NCBI GenBank assembly: GCA_046757165.1
Contig: JBHHXT010000001.1
Coordinates: 1-64,000, forward strand
Source of the DNA: a bacterium
Lineage (GTDB): Bacteria; Zhuqueibacterota; Zhuqueibacteria; Oceanimicrobiales; Oceanimicrobiaceae
Direction of reading: 5' to 3'
Length of the DNA stretch: 64,000 nucleotides
Shown one piece after another: positions 52,150-61,079 of this stretch (position 1 is its first letter; every line of letters starts with the position of its first letter). The translations under genes and the position numbers were made by a program. The notes below the pieces were generated by a model. It did no database searches. It was given only the letters and a program-made list of their open reading frames with translations, and was not told the origin of the DNA.

Positions 52150-52944
52150 ATGAATCTGGACCATAATAAGTATGGAATTGGCCCTGTGCAGCTCATTGTT
52201 CTGCATGGTCTGTTGGGTTCTGCCCGGAATTGGCACACTGTTGCACAGGAATTGGCCAAACATCATGCCGTCCTTGCGGTTTCTCTCCGAAATCACGGGC
52301 GATCTCCCCATGGTCCGCACACCATCGAATTCATGCAAGCGGACCTGCTCGAGCTGGTGAAGACTCACAACATCGACAAGTGTTTTGTGCTCGGTCATTC
52401 GATGGGAGGATTGGTTGCAATGTCTTTTGCCGTGGAAAGGCCGGAACATCTCAAAGGGCTGGTCGTCGTCGATATTGCTCCGGAGCTGAGACTGAACCGC
52501 ATAGCCTGGATATTAGAAGCCATGCTCCAGGTTGACCTCTCCCGCGTCAGCCGCAAGAATGAAGCGGACAGTCAGTTAGCAGCAAGAATCCCTCATCCGG
52601 CGATGCGTCACTTTCTGTTACAGAATCTGAAAAGGCAGGCAGATGGGCACTATGTCTGGCAATGCAACTTGCCAGAATTGTACCGATTCGTACAGCTGAG
52701 TGCACCCAACTTGTTCGCTGAAAACGAGCAGTTTCACGGTGCGACGCTTTTTATCAGTGGTGAGCGCTCAGAACAAAATCTGGCAAAAAAATCAGAGATG
52801 ATACGCAAACACTTTCCAAACATGGAATTTGTGACCGTACCCGGCGCCGGTCACTGGGTACATGTTGATGCGATGCCACAGTTTGTCGATATCGTTGCGG
52901 AATTCATCGGCAGAGATGATCCAGGAAAGGCTCTTATCTTATGA
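52150..52944 (+). CDS. Alpha/beta-fold hydrolase, YbfF/ABHD11-like esterase
   Basis: LHGLLGSARNW, LRNHGRSPH, GHSMGG nucleophile elbow, VVDIAP, GAGHWVH. Confidence 0.92.
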   Translation: MNLDHNKYGIGPVQLIVLHGLLGSARNWHTVAQELAKHHAVLAVSLRNHGRSPHGPHTIEFMQADLLELVKTHNIDKCFVLGHSMGGLVAMSFAVERPEHLKGLVVVDIAPELRLNRIAWILEAMLQVDLSRVSRKNEADSQLAARIPHPAMRHFLLQNLKRQADGHYVWQCNLPELYRFVQLSAPNLFAENEQFHGATLFISGERSEQNLAKKSEMIRKHFPNMEFVTVPGAGHWVHVDAMPQFVDIVAEFIGRDDPGKALIL

Positions 52945-52991
52945 GGTGCTGAAGCTTAAGCCAGAACCAAAGAGATTCCTTCCTGAGTTAC

Positions 52992-53072
52992 GCGGTTCCC
53001 GACCGGGGGCGGTCGGTGTACAAGCTTCAGCTTGCCGGGGTGAGGGGAAAACACGCTAAAGCGTGAACACCC
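52992..53072 (+). repeat. REP/REPIN-like extragenic palindromic doublet, copy 2
   Basis: Matches 46622-46698 except for two substitutions and a 4-bp insertion; lies between convergent genes. Confidence 0.85.
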
Positions 53073-53197
53073 CAATCTTGAACACCTGAACCCGTTGAAA
53101 AGCTTAGCAAAGAATCCGTCGCTGTAGTGGCTTGACTATTCTGGTCGGCTTCACCAAGTTCCACTCAACACGGCTCCTCGACCGGCAGCAGCATGCC

Positions 53198-54364
53198 TTA
53201 CTCCGAGCATTTGAGCGTCTTAATCTCAGCGCGACTCATGGCGTCATCCACAAGAGCAGGGGTCACGAGCTCCCTTTCGGCGTCTGCGAGGCTTCTGGGA
53301 TGGGCTTTGGTGGCAGGATTGTCGGGTACAAAGAGCGTACAGCAATCCTCGTACGGCGCAATGGAAATCTCATACGTCCCGACTCTCTTAGCCAGCTCCA
53401 CTATCTCCTGCTTATCGAAACCCGCAAGTGGACGCAGAATTGGCAACGACGTCACTTCGCCCACGACGCGAATATTACTTAGCGTCTGCGACGCAACCTG
53501 GGCGACGTTTTCACCCGTCACCAGGGCGCGTGCCTTCTCGAGCCGCGCGATTCGCTCGGACAGCCGGACCATGTACCGGCGATACAGCAGCACGCGCAGC
53601 TCAGACGGAGCCTTCGCCATGATTTCTTTCTGAATGTCGATGAAGGGAATGAAATAGACTTTTGAGGTGAATTGATACTGGTTCAAAACCTGCACGATTC
53701 GTTCAGTATTCTCCTGGGAGGCTGGATTCGTAAATGGCTGGCTATGAAAATGAGCGTAGATGAGATTGACCCCACGTTTCAACATCAGGTACGACGCCAC
53801 CGGTGAATCGATGCCGGAAGAAAGCAAACAAACTGCTCGCTCGCTGACCCCGACAGGCAGGCCCCGTATTCCTTGAATTTTCCGGGTATAAAGAAAAATG
53901 CTGCTTTCGGTCACCTCCACAAACAAAGTCGCCTGTGGATTCGACAGATCGACTCTCTTCTGGCACTTTTCATAAATGTAGGCACCAACCTCCTGGTTGA
54001 TCTGCATGGAATTAAAAGGGAAATCCTTTTGAGCACGGCGAGCTTCGACCCTGAAGGAGTCGAAGTTCATGTCCCGAAGCAATTCCCATCCCACTTCTTT
54101 GATGGCATCCAGGTCTTTAGGCACCTCCACCCCGAAGCCAAAATTCGCGATGCCAAAGACGCGGCGCAAACGCGCTTCTGCATCGCACTCGCCAGCATCA
54201 CACGTCAGGTGAATAATCACGCGTCCCCGCTGCCGCTTGATGGCATCAATGGAGCCTCGTGGCAGGACTCGCTTGATGTTCCTGATGAGCTGTTTTTCAA
54301 AAAAGACGCGGTTTTCGCCCTTAAGGGCAATCTCCCCATAGTGGACGACAACAATATGCTGCAT
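53198..54364 (-). CDS. thiI: tRNA 4-thiouridine(8) synthase ThiI (THUMP + PP-loop, no rhodanese domain)
   Basis: HYGEIALKGENR, GLPVG, LLSSGIDSPVA, VTGENVAQVASQTL, ILRPL, PYEDCC. Start reassigned to ATG 54364 to avoid overlap with the upstream gene. Confidence 0.95.
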   Translation of the reverse strand: MQHIVVVHYGEIALKGENRVFFEKQLIRNIKRVLPRGSIDAIKRQRGRVIIHLTCDAGECDAEARLRRVFGIANFGFGVEVPKDLDAIKEVGWELLRDMNFDSFRVEARRAQKDFPFNSMQINQEVGAYIYEKCQKRVDLSNPQATLFVEVTESSIFLYTRKIQGIRGLPVGVSERAVCLLSSGIDSPVASYLMLKRGVNLIYAHFHSQPFTNPASQENTERIVQVLNQYQFTSKVYFIPFIDIQKEIMAKAPSELRVLLYRRYMVRLSERIARLEKARALVTGENVAQVASQTLSNIRVVGEVTSLPILRPLAGFDKQEIVELAKRVGTYEISIAPYEDCCTLFVPDNPATKAHPRSLADAERELVTPALVDDAMSRAEIKTLKCSE

Positions 54365-54396
54365 ACCTACGTGTGCTTTTCGGACCGTGCAATTGC

Positions 54397-55122
54397 TCAA
54401 CTCAGGTCGCTCAATTGCTGGCGTGCCAGTTTGTGCTTCGCATTGTTCTTCAACGCCGATTTGAACATCTTCTTCGCCTTTTCCTCGCGGCCGCACGCCA
54501 CATAATACTGGCCGACGGAAAAGTAGAGGTCATCCAGACCTGTGCCGCTGCCAAAGTGCTCAACCAACTGCACAGCGTTCTTGCCAAAGTGTCTTTTCGT
54601 CATCTCCGGATTTTCGAGCAGGAGCGTCAACAACAAAACGTTGTCGGTGTTGCGAGTGATGAGTGACTCGAGAATCTTGATCCCCTCATCAAACAACACA
54701 TCGATGAGCTCTAGCTGATTCTTCAGGTTTTCGCTGTTCTTTTGAAAGGTTTCGCTTTCCTCAACATAATGCTCAATGACATACTTTAATTCGCGCGCAA
54801 CCAGAAGTTTGTGAAAGAGCAGTCCGATGTTGTTCATGAATTCCAATTCTATTTCATCGGGTACGAACTTGTTTGCTTTCTCGAACCTGCTTTTTCGGGG
54901 GTCCTGCAAGCGCTTGTATAACTGATGGTGTTCTTCCTTTGCCTCATAGAGGATGTCGCAAAGCTCGCGCAGCTTCGCAAACGAAAGAAACGTTCCCCGT
55001 TTCACCATCCGGTTGTATTTCTTGAACCTGTCCCGCCCTTCCAGGTAAAGCATGATCATGTTGCGAATCTTCCACTTCTTTATGCGTTTCAGGTACGGCT
55101 TCACTGCGGCGTCATCTGACAT
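54397..55122 (-). CDS. Hypothetical helical protein, 241 aa, possible C-terminal TPR-like motif
   Basis: GGAAGG RBS; fills the gap between the M61 peptidase and thiI; LYFSVGQYY...AKKMFKSALK...A resembles a TPR. Confidence 0.8.
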   Translation of the reverse strand: MSDDAAVKPYLKRIKKWKIRNMIMLYLEGRDRFKKYNRMVKRGTFLSFAKLRELCDILYEAKEEHHQLYKRLQDPRKSRFEKANKFVPDEIELEFMNNIGLLFHKLLVARELKYVIEHYVEESETFQKNSENLKNQLELIDVLFDEGIKILESLITRNTDNVLLLTLLLENPEMTKRHFGKNAVQLVEHFGSGTGLDDLYFSVGQYYVACGREEKAKKMFKSALKNNAKHKLARQQLSDLS

Positions 55123-55153
55123 AATAACCTTCCAACAACATTTGTTTTAGAAA

Positions 55154-57010
55154 TCAATCACCCGTACTGCTTTTGTCGTCTGCGGAGTCAGGAGTGGCGA
55201 CCCCGGTCCAGCCTTCCATCCAACCTCTCCAGATGATCGTTTGCACCGGGGAGAGATGGGACACCGTATGAATATCACACTCTACGGTCCTTTGTTCTCC
55301 AACCTGCGCCGGTAGTTCCAGCTCTTGCCCTTTTCTCGAGATTCTCACAACGACCCTTTGACCTGTCGTCATTTTGCTCACTTCTTGCAGCCATTCGCTC
55401 AGGGAGCCGATTCGAACACTGTCGAGCGCCACCAGGTAGTCATCTCGTCGCAAACCGGCCTTTTCGACCGGGCTGGAGCGCTCGACCGAGACCACTCGAT
55501 TGTTGGGGCCGACAAATACAACCTCACCGAGATGAGGCAGAAAGGACTCTTCGAGTGAGACTCCCATGCCGGCAAAAGCGAAAAACTTCTGGTAAGGAAG
55601 CTCACGTGTGCCGGCGACGTAATTGTCAAAAAACTCCGAGAAATCGCTCTCGCTTATCTCGTTCACGATGGCCTCGACATCGTCTTTTGTAAACCCGAGC
55701 TGCTTCTTCCCAAACCGCTCATTCATGGTTCTCAATACATCATCCAGGCTCGCCCGATTGGAGGTTCGGTGCCGGATTTCGAGATCCAGAAGAACCCCCA
55801 AAATTTCCCCTTTGTTGTAGAAGGAAACGCCCGGATGACCGTAACCTCTTTCCCAGATGTCCCAGCTTGCCTCCTCGACACTCACCTCCTTACGCTCATC
55901 GGTCTTCTGCAATCGCTCTATTTGGCGCGCCAACTCATCGAAGAATGCTCGCTCGTCCCACAAGCCGGTCCGCACGAGGGTGAGCGCCTCATAGTAGCTT
56001 GTTACACCTTCGGCAAACCAGAGTGTCCGTGTACGTTCCTCGGTGTCGTAGTCCAACACTTCAAACACCTTTGGATGAATTCGTTTGACATTCCAGACGT
56101 GAAAGAACTCGTGGGCTGTAACTTCAGCAGCGCTCATCACACTTGCCGTCAAAAGCTCGCTCGCCAGACCAATGGTGGTGGAATTGCTATGTTCGAGCCC
56201 ACCGCCGCTGCGGTAGCCGGGCAAAAGGTTGTAAAAGAAGACGTACCTGTCAAATGGGATCTCACCGAAGAAATCAACCTGGTATCGGCAGATCTTTTCG
56301 ACCATGTTCGAGAACTTGTGCCGCGAAAAACGTATCGGGCCGTGAAAGATCAACTCCACCTGCGCCTCGCCGAGTTGTAGTGACTGCCGGTCGAATTTGC
56401 CTAGCTGGGCCGGCGAATCGATGAGGACATCGTAGTCTCTGGCGTAAAACACGCCCGACGCCTGGTCACGAGCCAGCGGCGAGGCAATATCCCATCCGTC
56501 CGGCACCTCATAACTGACTGAAACAGGCCGGTGTTTCTGGCCGTCGACATACATGAAGACGCTCGGGCCTTCCACCAGAACATACGACGAGTCCTGACCG
56601 GCGCCGGACCACGGCTGGTAGGCTTGCTCCACTTCATACTCCACCACGAGTGAATCGCCATGCACATCAACCCGCCACCCATCCTTCCCCACCTGCTCGA
56701 ACGTCAACTCTCGACCTGCGACATCGAAGGCACGAAAGGCCTCCACATTCTGCGCGTAGTCCCGGATTCGGTAAGAGCCGGGAGACCAACGAGGCATGCG
56801 CACTGTGACTTCTTCTCGGCTGATGCCGCTAATCTCTATTCTCACCTTCGACTGTCCGGGATCACTTTCGTTCACGGTGTAGCTGTAGTTGATTTTGCTG
56901 TAACTTGCTGGCGTGTCCTGGATAGTACTTCGGACAACAGTTCCGCTCAAAACCGCCAGAACAATATAGGCAACTCGTCTGAACTTTTTCATCTGGAGAA
57001 AGGATTTCAT
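55154..57010 (-). CDS. M61 family glycyl aminopeptidase-like metallopeptidase with C-terminal PDZ domain
   Basis: MPRWSPGSY, GGGLEHSNST, AHEFFHVWNVKRI, LWFAEGVTSYY, FYNKG; PDZ SPVEKAGLRRDD. Start uncertain (56992-57043). Confidence 0.92.
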   Translation of the reverse strand: MKSFLQMKKFRRVAYIVLAVLSGTVVRSTIQDTPASYSKINYSYTVNESDPGQSKVRIEISGISREEVTVRMPRWSPGSYRIRDYAQNVEAFRAFDVAGRELTFEQVGKDGWRVDVHGDSLVVEYEVEQAYQPWSGAGQDSSYVLVEGPSVFMYVDGQKHRPVSVSYEVPDGWDIASPLARDQASGVFYARDYDVLIDSPAQLGKFDRQSLQLGEAQVELIFHGPIRFSRHKFSNMVEKICRYQVDFFGEIPFDRYVFFYNLLPGYRSGGGLEHSNSTTIGLASELLTASVMSAAEVTAHEFFHVWNVKRIHPKVFEVLDYDTEERTRTLWFAEGVTSYYEALTLVRTGLWDERAFFDELARQIERLQKTDERKEVSVEEASWDIWERGYGHPGVSFYNKGEILGVLLDLEIRHRTSNRASLDDVLRTMNERFGKKQLGFTKDDVEAIVNEISESDFSEFFDNYVAGTRELPYQKFFAFAGMGVSLEESFLPHLGEVVFVGPNNRVVSVERSSPVEKAGLRRDDYLVALDSVRIGSLSEWLQEVSKMTTGQRVVVRISRKGQELELPAQVGEQRTVECDIHTVSHLSPVQTIIWRGWMEGWTGVATPDSADDKSSTGD

Positions 57011-57188
57011 TTGTGTCCGGGCACAACCCCATAAATACTTCAAAGCTACGCCGTTCGCCCCAAAAACGCAAGCCTTTTTCAGGAGACGAGTGCATTGCTC
57101 ACAGAAAAGAAGTCGTCAGGCCCTTTACGTCTTGACTGGAGTCTGCGCCCAGTAGAGATGGCCCTGCGGGCAGGAAAAGGTAGAATAT

Positions 57189-57260
57189 TCCACACGGATA
57201 AAAAACCCACACGGATTTTTTGTTAGAGAATTTTCCGTGTGGGTTTTTTATCCGTGTGGA
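57189..57260. repeat. Perfect 27-bp inverted repeat with 18-nt loop; each arm has a tandem CCACACGGA unit
   Basis: TCCACACGGATAAAAAACCCACACGGA (57189-57215) and its exact reverse complement (57234-57260). Confidence 0.9.
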
Positions 57261-57298
57261 CCAAACATCGCAAAGTTTTGTCGATAGGGCGCTTCAGA

Positions 57299-59293
57299 TC
57301 AGTTTTTCTTTCGCTTCGATCTTAACCGAATGGCAAAGATGGGCAGTAAGAAAAATCCAATATTGACCAGGGCGTTCAAAGGCGTTTGCAGGGAACGGTT
57401 GTCAATCGCCAGCTCGACTGCCGGCTTGCCGCAACACCCACCGCCGTTGCTTGGTTCTGCAATCGAAAAGGTGTGGTTGCTGTCTTTTGTTGAATTTCCC
57501 TCATCATCTGTGGCGCTCACAAAATACAGGATAGTGCTTCCCAGCGGTTGGCCAGGAATATCACCGCGATAATGGTCGCTGCCTGTCGCGCTCATGTCCA
57601 GCGTCACCGCCTCTTGCCCGGTCATCTGATACGTCAAAGTCGCACTCGTGATGGTGGACTCGGAGTCGTCCAGAATGTCGGCTTCGACAACGTACGGTCC
57701 CACCACGTCGAGCGTGTTTCCCAGGCGCGTCGTGCGCGCAATGATCGGGCTGGTCGACATGGCCTTGAAGACATTGAGCCGACCGCCACTGGCAACCTTG
57801 TCAGCGTAGTTGATGCTCCTGTCCACCGAGCCGAGCAGGCGGATGATGATCCGATTCATGCTCAACTGTGGAAACTGTGCCCAAATCAAACCAGCCGCAC
57901 CGCTGACATGGGGGGTGGCCATCGAGGTGCCACTGAGGGTCTCGTACCGTCCTCTGGCAACCGTACTCACGATGTTGTTTCCAGGCGCGGACAGGTCGAC
58001 GGTGTTCTTGCCGAAGTTGGAAAAACCAGCCAACCGGTCGCTACTGGTGTTGGCCGCTACCGAAATGACGTTTGCCACCTCGTAGTTGGCCGGATAAGTC
58101 GGCGCCCGGTCGTTATTGCTGAAGTCGTTGCCGGCGGCCGCCACAAACAGGACGCCATTGTCGTTGGCGAACTTGATGGCGTCTTCCAAAGCGCGCGACT
58201 TGCCGCCGCCGCCCCAACTGTTGCTCAAGACCCTGGCGCCCATCCTTGTGCCATAGATGATGGCTTCGACGGCGTCATCGGTGGTACCGCTGCCATTTCC
58301 GTCCAAAAACTTCAACGGCATGATCGAAACGTTCCAGTTGACGCCGACGACGCCCTTGTTGTTGTCACCGACTGCGCCAATGGTGCCGGAAACATGGGTG
58401 CCGTGGTCGTTGTCGTCGAACGGGTTGTTGTCATCGTTGATAAAATCCCAGCCCCGAAAGTCGTCAACAAAGCCGTTGCCATCATCGTCCACACCGTTGC
58501 TTTCCTTGCCGCCGCCGCTTTCACCGGTATTGCTCCAGATGTTGTCTTTGAGGTCAGGATGATCGGTGTCGACGCCGGTGTCAATAACGCCAACGATGAC
58601 GGATTTACTGCCTTTCTGCAAGTCCCAGGCCTCCGGGGCGTCGATCTGCCGCATGCCATAGAGATCGTTGAAGCGCGGATCGTTTGGAACGATGGACGCT
58701 TTGTAGATGTAGTTCGGCTCGGCGTACTCCACTGTCGAAATGGCCCGGCATTCTTCGATCGTCTTCAGAACCGATTTTTTGCTTGTGATATTACATTGCA
58801 GAGCCGAGATCTCATCGAAACGCTTGACGACCTGAATCCCGACACTTGACAACAGGTTGTCAACCGATCTCGGCGCCTGATCAGTCTTGAATTTAATGAT
58901 CACTTCACCTGGCATAAATTCCGCAGTTTCTGCTTGTACTGCCAGCGCCGGCTCAGCGCTGCTCTCAACAGGTGGCTCCTCCGCAGCCAAAGCACGCACG
59001 GTCTGAGTTGGCTCAGCATACTCGACAAAGCCCACGTTGCTGCAAAGCTTGACCACCTCCATGACAGATTGGTCTTCTGCAACTCTGAAGACGTCAACGC
59101 TGATCTCATCGATCGACCTGACTTTGACCAAACCCAGGCTTGAAGTGAAAGAATCGATCTCACTGACCGTCGCACCTTCTTTGAATTTGATCATGACTTC
59201 ATCGGTCTTTTCCCTGCCAAACGATGGCACCTGGAGCACCGCCGAGCATAAGACGCAAATCAAACCTATGATCAACTTTTCTTGGAGACGCAT
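57299..59293 (-). CDS. S8 subtilisin-family serine protease with duplicated propeptide-like domain and C-terminal GGGCC-TM-basic tail
   Basis: Catalytic motifs VIDTG, HGTHVSG and SGTSMATPHV; AAAGN. Start at ATG 59293 with an AGGAGGAG RBS. Confidence 0.94.
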   Translation of the reverse strand: MRLQEKLIIGLICVLCSAVLQVPSFGREKTDEVMIKFKEGATVSEIDSFTSSLGLVKVRSIDEISVDVFRVAEDQSVMEVVKLCSNVGFVEYAEPTQTVRALAAEEPPVESSAEPALAVQAETAEFMPGEVIIKFKTDQAPRSVDNLLSSVGIQVVKRFDEISALQCNITSKKSVLKTIEECRAISTVEYAEPNYIYKASIVPNDPRFNDLYGMRQIDAPEAWDLQKGSKSVIVGVIDTGVDTDHPDLKDNIWSNTGESGGGKESNGVDDDGNGFVDDFRGWDFINDDNNPFDDNDHGTHVSGTIGAVGDNNKGVVGVNWNVSIMPLKFLDGNGSGTTDDAVEAIIYGTRMGARVLSNSWGGGGKSRALEDAIKFANDNGVLFVAAAGNDFSNNDRAPTYPANYEVANVISVAANTSSDRLAGFSNFGKNTVDLSAPGNNIVSTVARGRYETLSGTSMATPHVSGAAGLIWAQFPQLSMNRIIIRLLGSVDRSINYADKVASGGRLNVFKAMSTSPIIARTTRLGNTLDVVGPYVVEADILDDSESTITSATLTYQMTGQEAVTLDMSATGSDHYRGDIPGQPLGSTILYFVSATDDEGNSTKDSNHTFSIAEPSNGGGCCGKPAVELAIDNRSLQTPLNALVNIGFFLLPIFAIRLRSKRKKN

Positions 59294-59363
59294 AACTCCT
59301 CCTTCCTTGTGATTAGTTGTTAACAACCCCTGTTAATTTGAAGAATAGCATTAAGAGAAAAAA

Positions 59364-60257
59364 TCACTCAACCGTATTGCGCAAGATACCGATTTCGAGC
59401 ACCTCGACCTCGACTTCATCTCCTGGGTTCAACTCGCCCACGCCCGCGGGGGTGCCAGTCGCAATCACATCCCCGGGTTCCAGCGTGCAGAATTTGGATA
59501 GATACGACACGAGCTCCAGGATGTCGAAAATCATCTCCGACGTTGAGCCTCGCTGCCTTGTCTCACCATTGACTCGAACCCGCACTTCCAAATCTCTGAA
59601 ATCGTGGATGGCCTGCTTTGGGACGAGAGAGGGCCCCAGCGGACAAAAGGTATCAAAACTTTTCGAGCGGAACCATGGGCGGCCAGCCTTTTGATCGGCT
59701 TGCTGCATTTTGCGCGCGGTAACGTCGTTGAGAAGCGTAAACCCTGCGATGTGGTCCAAAGCTCGTCCCTCCGAGACCCGATGTCCCCTCTTGCCGATGA
59801 TGACGGCAAGCTCCCCCTCATAGTCCACACGGCCGACATTTGCAGGCAGGCGGATAATCTCTTCATGGGCAATGATAGCAGAGGGAGACTTGGAAAAAAA
59901 AATAGGCTCGTCGGGCACAGGATTGCCGAGCTCGTCAGCGTGCCGGCGGTAGTTTCGCCCGACGCAGAGTATTTTCTGCGGCCGGCCAAGGGGCGGCAGA
60001 TATTTCACCGGCGTCTGGATCTCGAGGTCCTCGATAGACCTCACTTCCTGCAACTCAAAGAGCACGTCCTGCAACGTATCCAGGTCGAAAAAATCCGCTT
60101 CCACCATAACCTGCAGAAAATTCAACTGCGGACCCTGGCCTCGACTCTTCAAGTTTTTGTACAACTCCCAGGCCAGTGAAAAATTATACAGCTCGCCTTG
60201 ATACTCTATGCCGATCTGGGAAAGCCCTTTGTCGGTGGAAAATGAAAAAACTTTCAA
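59364..60257 (-). CDS. Fumarylacetoacetate hydrolase family protein
   Basis: KILCVGRNY..H, PIFFSK, DYEGEL, NDVTARKMQ, KSFDTFCPLGP, GDVIATGTPAGVG. Probable TTG start at 60257 (AAGGA RBS); the ORF extends to 60305. Confidence 0.92.
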   Translation of the reverse strand: MKVFSFSTDKGLSQIGIEYQGELYNFSLAWELYKNLKSRGQGPQLNFLQVMVEADFFDLDTLQDVLFELQEVRSIEDLEIQTPVKYLPPLGRPQKILCVGRNYRRHADELGNPVPDEPIFFSKSPSAIIAHEEIIRLPANVGRVDYEGELAVIIGKRGHRVSEGRALDHIAGFTLLNDVTARKMQQADQKAGRPWFRSKSFDTFCPLGPSLVPKQAIHDFRDLEVRVRVNGETRQRGSTSEMIFDILELVSYLSKFCTLEPGDVIATGTPAGVGELNPGDEVEVEVLEIGILRNTVE

Positions 60258-60430
60258 CTCGGATTCCTTTCCCGCAGTTCGATCCGATTCTCCCCTAAGA
60301 TGCACTCAGAATCAAAATACAAGGAAACGTAATAGGGCAGGCTCGAAAATCCGCACCAGTTTAGGCAAATAATTTGTGATTGTCAAGGGTTTTTGTGACG
60401 TTCATGCGCTGGCCACCCGCTACCCGAGGT

Positions 60431-60862
60431 TTAGGTTCCAAATATGTATTGCTTCAAATACCGATTATCTACTTCGATTTCATCGAGCTGAGCTTTGACC
60501 AGATCTCCGATAGAAACGATCCCGCCAATACGATCTTTCTCCACAATAGGCAAGTGTCTTATTTTGTTCTTCGTCATGACAGCCAAAGAGTATTTGATGT
60601 CATCGTCAGGAACCCCGACAATCAGTTTCCTGGTCATGACCTGCTTGACCAGGGTCTTTCTCAGCAAGTTGTCCCGATCGACGCACTCCCACAGAACATC
60701 ACGCTCCGAGATGATGCCCACCAACTTTTCATTGTCATCCAGAACCAGTAAAGCACCAATTCGGTTCTTGAAAAGAATCTTGATGGCATCGTGCACAGTC
60801 TTCTCCATGTTGATGGTGAAGACCTCACCACTCTTTGCTTTGAGAATATCTTTCAGTTTCAT
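60431..60862 (-). CDS. CBS-pair domain protein
   Basis: IGALLV, LVGIISERD, VKQVMT, IRHLPIV, GIVSIGDLVK; AGGAGG RBS. Confidence 0.93.
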   Translation of the reverse strand: MKLKDILKAKSGEVFTINMEKTVHDAIKILFKNRIGALLVLDDNEKLVGIISERDVLWECVDRDNLLRKTLVKQVMTRKLIVGVPDDDIKYSLAVMTKNKIRHLPIVEKDRIGGIVSIGDLVKAQLDEIEVDNRYLKQYIFGT

Positions 60863-60871
60863 CTGGTACCT

Positions 60872-61062
60872 CCTGTTGACCTTGATGTATGCCGCTCACG
60901 CTTCAGGCCCCTCCTCCTGCTTATCCCGTGTGGTGTACGCCTCACAGGCAAGCATCGGCAAGTTTGGATACTTTGGAAACGATGAATCAAGTTTAGAGTG
61001 CTCGCACAGCAAGAATTGACTGCCCCTGGAACCGCGAATACGTCTGGCAAACAAACAACAGG
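60872..61062 (-). ncRNA. Candidate structured RNA (6S-like rod or cis-regulatory leader)
   Basis: Nested pairings found by eye: CCTGTTG/CAACAGG, GTATTCGC/GCGGCATAC, TTCCAGG/CCTGAA, TTCTTGCT/AGCAGGAG, GCGAGCA/TGCTTGC. Confidence 0.25.
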
Positions 61063-61079
61063 CGCAAAGCCCTCCTTTA

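Noticed and set aside
53110..53175. Imperfect hairpin between the REP copy and the thiI stop; possible tRNA or ncRNA
   Set aside because: It has no cloverleaf, T-loop or clear U-tract, and is too weak to call.
54365..54496. 44-aa N-terminal extension of ThiI in the ORF track
   Set aside because: It overlaps the upstream gene; ThiI homology begins at MQHIVVVHYGEI (54364).
57548..58849. 433-aa plus-strand ORF
   Set aside because: It is the antisense shadow of the S8 protease.
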